This document shows, in pieces, positions 1 through 6,744 of a DNA stretch of 11,717 bases (within the stretch, counting starts at the first letter, position 1; every line of letters begins with the position of its first letter). Source of the stretch: a virus (Duplodnaviria; Heunggongvirae; Uroviricota; Caudoviricetes); IMG/VR virus record IMGVR_UViG_3300031857_000071, positions 82,271-93,987 of that record; one strand, 5' to 3'. Under the pieces are notes generated by a model, which searched no databases, was not told the origin of the DNA, and saw nothing but the letters and a program-made list of their open reading frames with translations. A program made the position numbers and the translations under genes.

Positions 1-606
1 TGAATCACGGAGGGAACGACCTTGAACGGCCAGTAGTGTGCCGTCAGTGTCGTAAAAGGGTATAATAAGTCTAGGATCATCTTCTTTCAAATCTTTACCG
101 TGGTCTGGAAGTAACTCATCGATAAAGGTTTTGAAGTCATGTGCATAATATAGTGTGTTATATGTATCCTCTGGAATTTTTCGTCCTATGCAATACTGTG
201 CCGCATAGTGATCCACCGGGAGGTCAATAATTTTTGGTAGATTGATTTCTTTAGGTTTCTTCTTGAACACTGGTGTTTCAAACTTTAATTCCGACTTTTC
301 TGGTTTCGGATAGTTTTGATTTCCAGTTTCTCCATTGGTATAACGTTCCATGGCATATTCTTTAACCATGTTTGCATCAAGTAAATTGATGAAGTTATAC
401 ATTGTGTGGCCAACACCGCAATTCTGACACTTGTAAAAGTAGTCATTCTTTTTGCGGTAAATATAACCACGTGCTTTATGGAGGTGTTTCTGTGAGTCGC
501 CACAGAACGGGCACCGGAAATTATACAGGTCTTCCTTTTTTTGGGTGAACCTGTTTAACTTCGGTGAGAGTAGTTTGAGATATTTTCGATCAATGAAAAC
601 GGACAT
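1..606 (-). CDS. 61: DNA primase, T4 gp61-like (N-terminal 202 aa, runs off window start)
   Basis: Manual translation from ATG at 606: MSVFIDRKYLKLLSPKLNRFTQKKEDLYNFRCPFCGDSQKHLHKARGY...YFYKCQNCGVGH...PRLIIPFYDTDGTLLAVQGRSLRDS. Contains a CxxC...CxxC zinc-binding domain and the IIPF..G..QGR motif typical of T4-like primases. No stop before position 1, so absent from the ORF track. Confidence 0.93.
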   Translation of the reverse strand, partial: MSVFIDRKYLKLLSPKLNRFTQKKEDLYNFRCPFCGDSQKHLHKARGYIYRKKNDYFYKCQNCGVGHTMYNFINLLDANMVKEYAMERYTNGETGNQNYPKPEKSELKFETPVFKKKPKEINLPKIIDLPVDHYAAQYCIGRKIPEDTYNTLYYAHDFKTFIDELLPDHGKDLKEDDPRLIIPFYDTDGTLLAVQGRSLRDS

Positions 607-635
607 AACGATATATCATAATAAAAGGTTCTGTC

Positions 636-664
636 ATTATAGCACATTTTTGTCTGGAGTGCAA
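636..664 (-). promoter_or_regulatory. Host sigma70-type promoter upstream of primase
   Basis: Minus strand reads TTGCAC (664-659), 17 nt spacer, TATAAT (641-636), with an extended -10 TGn immediately before TATAAT. Lies in the only sizeable intergenic gap, 30 nt upstream of the primase ATG. Confidence 0.8.
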
Positions 665-683
665 GACCAGTTCTGGTAATTAA

Positions 684-986
684 TTAAAAAAGTGATAGTA
701 TTTTATCAGAATGTCCGGCAACCCAACCGCCGACACCAATACCGCCAGCAATCATCCACGTCCACTTGTCTTTTAATTTCTTGAGTTCCGAAATGTCCTT
801 GGCCAAAGCGGCATGTTGTTCACAGGAAGCGCCATACATCTTTTCAAGTTCACCTTTTAAATCGTCACGTGTTTTGTCGAGACAATCGTGCATGTCTTTG
901 ACATCTACTTTAAGTGTGTCGATTTTTTCGTTAATATTTTCCACCTTGGTCTCAACAATACCAAGTCTTTCGGTTGTCGTTGCCAT
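684..986 (-). CDS. Coiled-coil protein with C-terminal membrane anchor (100 aa; XhlA/holin-like architecture)
   Basis: Start moved to MATTTERL (ATG 986), just after the upstream stop at 991. Heptad-like helix (VETKVENINEKIDTLKVDVKDM) followed by hydrophobic WTWMIAGGIGVGGWVAG. Confidence 0.65.
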   Translation of the reverse strand: MATTTERLGIVETKVENINEKIDTLKVDVKDMHDCLDKTRDDLKGELEKMYGASCEQHAALAKDISELKKLKDKWTWMIAGGIGVGGWVAGHSDKILSLF

Positions 987-990
987 GATA

Positions 991-1191
991 TTATTTCTTT
1001 TCTGGAACCTTAGTACCTTCAAGTTTCTTATGAACCTTGATTACTTTGCATTCTTGTTGTGGTTTTCCAGCTTTATCGAGAACGGGTTTTCCGTCTTTGG
1101 TAATTTTATCTATACAGACTTTTTCTGTTTCTGCACCAAATGCGGCTGTTGTTGCCAGTGTGATTAAAAGTAACGCTATGAACTTTTTCAT
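991..1191 (-). CDS. Small secreted/periplasmic Lys-rich protein (66 aa, two Cys)
   Basis: Start MKKFIALL (ATG 1191) preceded by SD TAGGAG. Classical Sec signal peptide MKKFIALLLITLATTAAFG|A; mature part has 13 Lys in 47 aa and 2 Cys. Confidence 0.7.
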   Translation of the reverse strand: MKKFIALLLITLATTAAFGAETEKVCIDKITKDGKPVLDKAGKPQQECKVIKVHKKLEGTKVPEKK

Positions 1192-1213
1192 TTTAACTCC
1201 TAGATATTGTTTT

Positions 1214-1435
1214 TTATTTATTACTTGCAAATTTCTCTGATGCAGTAAAACCTAAGCCTGCCACAACAATATACATCATACTGTCAAATAGTTCAGGTGA
1301 TACTGCTTTTCCCAAAAAGGTGTTAGCCATAAATGCAATAGAGCATAGTATGAAGGCCGTGAATGTCACCACCCTCTTGGAACTCCAAGAACCATCGTGG
1401 CTATCTTTCAATAAACTTTTTAGAAATTCCATCAT
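1214..1435 (-). CDS. Small two-TM membrane protein, holin candidate (73 aa)
   Basis: Two hydrophobic segments (VVTFTAFILCSIAFMANTFL; MMYIVVAGLGFTAS), charged termini, located in the lysis block, ATGA overlap with the upstream gene. Confidence 0.6.
   Translation of the reverse strand: MMEFLKSLLKDSHDGSWSSKRVVTFTAFILCSIAFMANTFLGKAVSPELFDSMMYIVVAGLGFTASEKFASNK
1215..1221 (-). promoter_or_regulatory. Candidate T4-like late promoter (ATAAATA)
   Basis: AATAAATA on minus strand overlapping the stop of the 73-aa gene, 24 nt upstream of the ATG at 1191. T4 late consensus is TATAAATA. The motif is short and AT-rich, so chance is possible. Confidence 0.45.
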
Positions 1436-1917
1436 AGTTCAGGCTGTGGTGCTGGAGATGGCGCAAGTTTTCCACCAAATCCCATCGTTACACCTGATGG
1501 TGCAACTGGCATACTGCCATACCCACCAAAGCCACCAACTGCACCTGGTGCAAACGCTGGTTCAACTCTGGAACCCATTGCACCCATTTGTCCGGAGGGG
1601 AAAGATGGTGATGGTGGAGGAGGAAGGCTCGCTTTAGCTTGATTTTCGCTTGCTTGCTTCATCAATGCCAGTTTAGCTTCTGTTTCTTCTTTTGAGCCGC
1701 CGGCCAACATGATACCTGAGAGAGTACCTGTTAAGAACGTTGCGATAGGCACAATCAACTCAAAAAACTTCTGATCGATTGGAGAAATTGCATTAAGTGG
1801 TTGTGTAACAAATATTAATGAATAAAGTACAACAAACACAATACCTGTTAACGTTAGTGCAAGACATACACCAATAAAGAACTTCAGTCGAGCCATCAAC
1901 TGTTCTTCGGTGTACAT
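1432..1917 (-). CDS. Two-TM membrane protein with Pro/Gly/Met-rich tail (161 aa), possible holin or lysis regulator
   Basis: Start moved to MYTEEQL (ATG 1917) to avoid a 77-nt overlap with the upstream gene. TM1 FFIGVCLALTLTGIVFVVLYSLIFV, TM2 LIVPIATFLTGTLSGIMLAGG, then low-complexity PPPPSP...GGFGGYG tail. Confidence 0.65.
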   Translation of the reverse strand: MYTEEQLMARLKFFIGVCLALTLTGIVFVVLYSLIFVTQPLNAISPIDQKFFELIVPIATFLTGTLSGIMLAGGSKEETEAKLALMKQASENQAKASLPPPPSPSFPSGQMGAMGSRVEPAFAPGAVGGFGGYGSMPVAPSGVTMGFGGKLAPSPAPQPEL

Positions 1918-1927
1918 AATAGTTTGA

Positions 1928-2218
1928 TTATTTTCCACAGTTAACTCCTTGTGCTGGCGTTGGTGTAAATGCTGGTGTAGCCATACTTTGATTTTGTTTA
2001 TCATCTGGAGGTCCTAATCTAGGGTCACGTTGTCCCTTGAATACATGTTCGGGGCAGGTTCTTGTTACATCACATGCTGGTTTTTGGCAAATTGCTTTGT
2101 CCCAATTATTCGGGTCTTGGCAAGGATAACGGAATCTATCGCCACCGAAAACTGCTAGTGCAAGTGGGACTGCTATTAATATTGCTAGCCACCTAAAAAG
2201 TTTTAAATCACTATTCAT
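1928..2218 (-). CDS. Single-anchor protein with Cys-rich exported domain (96 aa)
   Basis: N-terminal hydrophobic segment WLAILIAVPLALAVFGG then DRFRYPCQDP...CQKPACDVTRTCP (4 clustered Cys plus a C-terminal Cys). 1-nt overlap with the endolysin stop. Confidence 0.7.
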   Translation of the reverse strand: MNSDLKLFRWLAILIAVPLALAVFGGDRFRYPCQDPNNWDKAICQKPACDVTRTCPEHVFKGQRDPRLGPPDDKQNQSMATPAFTPTPAQGVNCGK

Positions 2219-2844
2219 CAGTGTGCTCCTAAAACATGTAATGCATGTTCATAGTGCTTGATGCGGTCCTCAAGACCGATTGTACCACCGTTGATGCGTT
2301 TTGTCAAGGTAATAATATCACCTTTGTCAGCCCATTGGTTTAGATTATTTGTTTCCCAGAACCAGCAAGCTGATTGTGCGGCACCCTCAAATGTAGCAAG
2401 ATATTCTGATGCTTCATCTGGAGAAATGTGCAGTGATGCGGCAAACCAAGTATAGTTTTGTTTACCCGTTAACTGGATGAGTCCACGACCACAATATTTG
2501 TATCCGTCACCTGATGCTTCATCACCATTACCCATACGGTTAGCATAAACACGATTTGCGATAGCTTCTTGTTTATTTGGACGTGAGCAATACTCATTAG
2601 CAATTGCATCATCCGGAAAATACTTGGGGAAAATCTTACGGAGTGTTGCTGGTCTATAATTTAGATTTTCTTTGAGTGCTGTGAAGCCACCAGATTCGTG
2701 GGCACATTGAGCAATAAAAGCCGCAATACGTTGAGGTGTATTGATTTCATAATCTGGCAATAGTTGAGCCAAAGCATTGTGCCAATGTTCAACGTGAGGA
2801 TTTTTAGGAAGTAATTGTTTTAATTGTTGTAATGTAAGTTCCAT
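2218..2844 (-). CDS. Glycoside hydrolase family 19 (chitinase-like) endolysin
   Basis: GH19 motifs AFIAQCAHESGGF (catalytic Glu), YCGRGLIQLTGKQNY, SACWFW, TKRINGGTIGLEDR. No signal peptide. Adjacent to spanins. Confidence 0.93.
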   Translation of the reverse strand: MELTLQQLKQLLPKNPHVEHWHNALAQLLPDYEINTPQRIAAFIAQCAHESGGFTALKENLNYRPATLRKIFPKYFPDDAIANEYCSRPNKQEAIANRVYANRMGNGDEASGDGYKYCGRGLIQLTGKQNYTWFAASLHISPDEASEYLATFEGAAQSACWFWETNNLNQWADKGDIITLTKRINGGTIGLEDRIKHYEHALHVLGAH

Positions 2845-3107
2845 TATTTTAATCCCTCAAAAATATTTTTTTGCACTTGATACCATTCAATCCATGCATC
2901 ATTTTTCACAGCACATGTATAATATTCCGTATAGTTAACAGTGATAGTTTTTGCTATATCACTTAATTTAGCGTCATCGTTCACTTTGTTTAGTTGTGGA
3001 CATTTAACCAATAAGTGTTTAGGTACTTCTGGAAACTTTGCTACAACAGGAACAGTAGTTGAACATCCGGTTAATAGAGCAACAAATAAGAAAAACAAAT
3101 ATTTCAT
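2844..3107 (-). CDS. Outer-membrane lipoprotein, o-spanin (Rz1-like)
   Basis: Signal II with lipobox LLTG|C, Pro-containing region, further Cys residues (KCP, YTCA). Directly downstream of an i-spanin-like gene. Confidence 0.8.
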   Translation of the reverse strand: MKYLFFLFVALLTGCSTTVPVVAKFPEVPKHLLVKCPQLNKVNDDAKLSDIAKTITVNYTEYYTCAVKNDAWIEWYQVQKNIFEGLK

Positions 3108-3556
3108 TTTGGTGCCTCTGCCGCTTTATTATGTAGTACTATGAATTCTTTAGGAATTTCACACTCACCACCAGGTAAAAACTTTGTGTCGTACTTGACA
3201 ATTTCTTTATCAACATATTTGATAATATCTTGGCCACGTTCTTTGACAATCTGCGTCTTTGTCACAATTTTGGTTTCGATCTTGACGTTCTCTTTTACAG
3301 ATTCAACTTGTGCCGCTTCGACTTTGGCTTCAAGTTCTTTCACTCTAGCCAACCATGCTTCTTCATTCGAGATTGCACCTGACATGTAAGTACCTATCAC
3401 TATGAGAGCAACAGAGCCTAATTGTATGGGAGTTTTGTAAAGATATATTGCCGGAATAGGAATAAATCTAAGCAAGTAGGTTACAGCAAGACCTATCAAA
3501 CCTATACCAAGTATGGCATAGAAAATCCAGAACGGTAACCATTTTAGTATCCACAT
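3104..3556 (-). CDS. Inner-membrane spanin (Rz-like)
   Basis: N-terminal TM segments, then helical coiled-coil (ARVKELEAKVEAAQ...), late Cys (GECEIP). ATGA overlap with the o-spanin. Confidence 0.75.
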   Translation of the reverse strand: MWILKWLPFWIFYAILGIGLIGLAVTYLLRFIPIPAIYLYKTPIQLGSVALIVIGTYMSGAISNEEAWLARVKELEAKVEAAQVESVKENVKIETKIVTKTQIVKERGQDIIKYVDKEIVKYDTKFLPGGECEIPKEFIVLHNKAAEAPK

Positions 3557-3557
3557 T

Positions 3558-3743
3558 TTACATCTTTGGTCGTTTGCGTGTGAATGTTGGTGCCATTACG
3601 ACACGTTTCTTTTTCTTAAGATTAACACCAGGTTCACCACCCTTTTCACCAGTACCTGCAATAGCACCTGTGCTTACTACATTGCTTGGTCCTGGACTTC
3701 CGCCGCCAGCATCTTCTAACATGAATTGCTTGAAAGTTTTCAT
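3558..3743 (-). CDS. Small head-internal protein candidate with capsid-targeting-like N-terminus (61 aa)
   Basis: Begins MKTFKQFMLE| (T4 IPII/IPIII CTS is MKTYQEFIAE). Gly-rich middle, very basic C-terminus KKKKRVV...RKRPKM. Confidence 0.7.
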   Translation of the reverse strand: MKTFKQFMLEDAGGGSPGPSNVVSTGAIAGTGEKGGEPGVNLKKKKRVVMAPTFTRKRPKM

Positions 3744-4126
3744 ATTTTTCTTAGTATTTCGGCCACATTCATATCTACAAGTATATCGGAAGAAATTATA
3801 TCTTTTCCGTTTACACCTTTGATAACGTCTGGCATGTAATTTAGATAAATTAAAAAGGTCTTTAGCACATCATAATCAGATTCATCAATCCTAAAGAACA
3901 GTATTCGTGTTGCTGGTTCTGCACCAAATACATTATAAAGCAAAATTAAATGATTTAAAATTAGGCGTTCTTTCAGAGACTTTGTAATCTTGTAACGCCT
4001 AAACAATCTTTTAAGATATTTCGTGCGTTTCAAGTCTCCTTCAAACTCACTTATAACATAGTGTGGTGATGTATATGCTTTCATCGCATACATTATAAAA
4101 TTATCTTCAGTCAAGTCATCGAACAT
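3740..4126 (-). CDS. Conserved T4-like phage hypothetical protein (DUF7207-like, recalled)
   Basis: Motif pattern FIMYAMKAY...EFEGDLKR.KYLKRL..RY...LKERLILNHLILLYNVFG resembles a widespread T4-like protein. Tiles between neighbours. Confidence 0.7.
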   Translation of the reverse strand: MFDDLTEDNFIMYAMKAYTSPHYVISEFEGDLKRTKYLKRLFRRYKITKSLKERLILNHLILLYNVFGAEPATRILFFRIDESDYDVLKTFLIYLNYMPDVIKGVNGKDIISSDILVDMNVAEILRKI

Positions 4127-4135
4127 AATGATACA

Positions 4136-4157
4136 AAGGGTGACTTACGCCACCCTT
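4136..4157 (-). terminator. GC-rich hairpin with GUAA tetraloop, terminator-like
   Basis: Minus strand AAGGGTGGC-GTAA-GTCACCCTT: 9-bp stem with one G-U pair, starting 4 nt after the stop of the 182-aa gene. U-tract is weak (TTTGTAT, partly within the stem). Confidence 0.6.
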
Positions 4158-4160
4158 GCA

Positions 4161-4709
4161 TTAAATAATAACTGCGCCGTTGCCGGTGATGCTGCCTGCC
4201 GCTACCAATGTTTCATATTGTGTACGATTAGCACGACCACCCATTGTTACGGTGAATGCGGCGTTGCCGGAAACAGGAACTGCTGTAGGTGTGGTGAGAT
4301 ATAGACCACCTGTATTAATAGTGATAGACAACACTGCACCATTCTGTGCTACAGCTACTGTTGCATTTGCGGCTGTGTTACCTGTACCACCATTAGAGAA
4401 TGTTACGAAACTGTTTGTTCCGAAAGCACCTGCGTTTGCGCTGATAGAAAGAACAGGACCCATACCGGCAGTTCTTTGAACCCAACCAGCATGTGCCATT
4501 TTCGTTGCGGCAGGTGTAACTTGTGTATTAGATGCTTCTTGTGTATCGACACCGTAAACACCAACGGCCTCAGAAAATGCTTGTGCTACGTTAGCATTAG
4601 CAAAAATTACATTGGCGTTTGCACGTGTTGGTGCTAAGTTTAAAGCGGTGCCTGCATAAATTGGAACACCAGTGTTTGCATCTGTCATTGTCCAGAAAGC
4701 TGTTGACAT
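4161..4709 (-). CDS. Putative virion structural protein, beta-rich (182 aa)
   Basis: Strong SD AAGGAG. A/G/T/N/V-rich with very few charged residues. Motifs GVYGVD..E, AHAGWV and GGRA.R.QYETLVA resemble T4-like cyanophage virion proteins (recalled). Confidence 0.65.
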   Translation of the reverse strand: MSTAFWTMTDANTGVPIYAGTALNLAPTRANANVIFANANVAQAFSEAVGVYGVDTQEASNTQVTPAATKMAHAGWVQRTAGMGPVLSISANAGAFGTNSFVTFSNGGTGNTAANATVAVAQNGAVLSITINTGGLYLTTPTAVPVSGNAAFTVTMGGRANRTQYETLVAAGSITGNGAVII

Positions 4710-4733
4710 TTGTTTTTCTCCTTGAAAGAATTC

Positions 4734-4747
4734 TATTTACTATTTAT
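4734..4747 (-). promoter_or_regulatory. Tandem T4-like late promoter motifs
   Basis: Minus strand AATAAATAGTAAATAG: ATAAATA (4747-4741) and TAAATA (4739-4734), followed by SD AAGGAG and ATG at 4709. Confidence 0.65.
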
Positions 4748-6741
4748 TGTTTCTGTGAATTTGGTCTGGTCTTAAGAACAGGCTCAATCTCTACGGTATC
4801 ACGTGGCTTTCCTGTCATAGTAGTGCCACCCTGTAATGTGATTTTGGCATTGGGCTTATCGTCTTTTTCCCAATCATACATGCTTTCATTTTTACCCTTC
4901 TTTTTATAGATGGATTTAATGATACGTGCTGATTTCATGTTCTTCTTGCGGTGTTCTGATTCCATAGCCTTAACGGAGTTTGTAGCAGATAGGGGGGAAT
5001 CTTCGATGCCGCCAATACCTTCTTGTACGGTATCTTCTGAGACGGACTTCCAACCACCACCCTTAGACTTGTACCATTTTGATGCCCAACCATTTGCATA
5101 TGCTGAAGGATAAACATCGAACTTGGAACGGGCCATTGATTTTGCTCTGGACCATAGTGCAGGATTTGTTGGCTTATTTTTCTCATCAATTTGTTCGGTT
5201 TCTTCATTTTTAGGTACACAATTTGGTACAACTTTGCCACCCTTCATTTTGGTGCCAACTTGTTTGTGTGTGTCCCAACATGCTTCATCAACTTCTTCTT
5301 CACTGAGTTTACCTTTGCCGTAATTTGAAACATTAACGGGTTTACCACCTTTACCTGCTCTGTCTGCAACTGGATCATGTCTTCTCTTTGTTGCAACTGC
5401 GGCCGCACGTTCACTCTTACTGAGTTCAGCACGTTTTTCTTTTGACATACATTTTGGTTTTGGTTCACCTGGTTCCCTGGCGCACGGACCTGCTACTTCA
5501 CCTTTTGAATTGATTCTTTTCCAATCACCCTCTGGATCAGTTTTGCTAAACCATTTGCGTAAATCTTCACGTGTAATATGGTCATCGGCATCCATATTAT
5601 CGGGCATCTTTTTCAGTTCATTGATTTTTTTAGCATCATTGTCGAACTGTTTTCTAGTAGCTTTCATTATACCAGAAAAGCGTTTGTTGCCTTTTGCAAT
5701 ATCACCGGATTTATCTGCGGCGGATGCTTGAGCACCTGCGGCTTTTTTATAGCGACCTAGAAGGTCGGAGGAAAGTTCATCCAACTTTTCAAGTTCTTCT
5801 TTGATTGCAACAATCTTGTTGTACATGTCCATCGACAATGCACCTTCACCACGCATGTTGATTAGATTTTCAACAACTTTGTGCAGGTCCATATCAGTTT
5901 TCGCATCTTCACGTGCATATTCAAGAACACGAATGAGTAATGGAATATCCATTGTTACTGTATCTTTTTCATCAACAGCTTCTTTAACCTGTTTCTTTTC
6001 TTCGTTCCAATCGTCACCACGTTCACCCATACCAGATGTTTCTTTCACGTGGCGCATCTTGAAAATTTTGAATTCAGAAGAACGTGCATATGCTTTCTTT
6101 TGATTGCCGTCCATGGTCAAAGGATTCAAACCTTTAGACTTAATGAAAGACATTAGAAGGCCTGTTCCAGCTTCATCTAATTGTTCAGATTCTTCATTAA
6201 CTTCTTCACGGTGAACAGTTGCACCTTTGATTTTTTTGGCTACGTTTGTAGCATGAGACTGTGAGCCGAATGATTTCCACTTTTTACCATTAATATGAAC
6301 AGCATGTGGATGATCCGCAGGTTTGTTATAAGAACGTTGTGTCGGTTCATCATCATCTGCATGTCCCATGCGTTGAATCTCACGATTGCTCATACGTGAA
6401 ACATCAACGAAACCGGCTTCAGAAACTTGTTCAGTTTCTTCCTTTTTAATGTTCTGTTTTGCGGCATCAAAAGTGTGACCCACCTTAAAACGCTTGAACG
6501 CATTTGATCGTGCATATGATGAACGCTGTGCAAAAGTCATAAACTCGGGATTGAAGCCAAGCGAACGAATGTACTTCATTAGAAGTCCATCTTCATTCAG
6601 AACTTCTTCTTTGACGGGTTGTTGATATTTTGCAGACCAAGGTTCCATTGGATCCTCATAAGGTGAATCGCCAAGTTTACCCATTACGGATTCTTTTTTG
6701 GCCTTCACCAGGTTCTTGACTAATTTACCGGCTTTGCTCAT
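4744..6741 (-). CDS. Modular head-internal polyprotein candidate (665 aa), includes DUF5872-like module
   Basis: Basic 25-90 aa modules separated by acidic linkers ending (V/I/L)xE (VLNE, QVSE, QLDE, KLDE, KINE, EVDE, QIDE, TVQE). Module KNKPTNPALW...YPSAYANGW..KWYKSKGGGW recalled as DUF5872-like. Confidence 0.75.
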   Translation of the reverse strand: MSKAGKLVKNLVKAKKESVMGKLGDSPYEDPMEPWSAKYQQPVKEEVLNEDGLLMKYIRSLGFNPEFMTFAQRSSYARSNAFKRFKVGHTFDAAKQNIKKEETEQVSEAGFVDVSRMSNREIQRMGHADDDEPTQRSYNKPADHPHAVHINGKKWKSFGSQSHATNVAKKIKGATVHREEVNEESEQLDEAGTGLLMSFIKSKGLNPLTMDGNQKKAYARSSEFKIFKMRHVKETSGMGERGDDWNEEKKQVKEAVDEKDTVTMDIPLLIRVLEYAREDAKTDMDLHKVVENLINMRGEGALSMDMYNKIVAIKEELEKLDELSSDLLGRYKKAAGAQASAADKSGDIAKGNKRFSGIMKATRKQFDNDAKKINELKKMPDNMDADDHITREDLRKWFSKTDPEGDWKRINSKGEVAGPCAREPGEPKPKCMSKEKRAELSKSERAAAVATKRRHDPVADRAGKGGKPVNVSNYGKGKLSEEEVDEACWDTHKQVGTKMKGGKVVPNCVPKNEETEQIDEKNKPTNPALWSRAKSMARSKFDVYPSAYANGWASKWYKSKGGGWKSVSEDTVQEGIGGIEDSPLSATNSVKAMESEHRKKNMKSARIIKSIYKKKGKNESMYDWEKDDKPNAKITLQGGTTMTGKPRDTVEIEPVLKTRPNSQKQ
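6049..6588 (-). repeat. Internal 38-aa duplicated module in the 665-aa protein (copies at 6475-6588 and 6049-6162)
   Basis: GLLMKYIRSLGFNPEFMTFAQRSSYARSNAFKRFKVGH versus GLLMSFIKSKGLNPLTMDGNQKKAYARSSEFKIFKMRH: 20/38 identical without gaps (hand count). Confidence 0.9.
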
Positions 6742-6744
6742 TGC

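Noticed and set aside
285-503. 72-aa minus-strand ORF
   Set aside because: Alternative frame inside the primase gene; GTG start and no supporting features.
666-677. Palindrome ACCAG-TT-CTGGT next to the -35 box
   Set aside because: Only 5-bp arms with a 2-nt loop and no U-tract; too short to call a terminator or operator from one instance.
1430-1435. Met-Met start of the 73-aa protein as a lambda S-type dual-start motif
   Set aside because: No charged residue lies between the two Met codons, and the tandem ATG is explained by the ATGA overlap with the upstream stop.
1918-2004. Longer N-termini given by the ORF track (also 987-1022 and 1192-1230)
   Set aside because: They overlap upstream genes and precede the hydrophobic or signal regions; downstream ATGs fit gene tiling, and the one at 1191 has a clear SD.
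4935-5468. Minus-strand alternative-frame ORFs (101 and 74 aa) in the 665-aa gene
   Set aside because: No convincing SD or protein-like features, unlike the 8167-8523 case.
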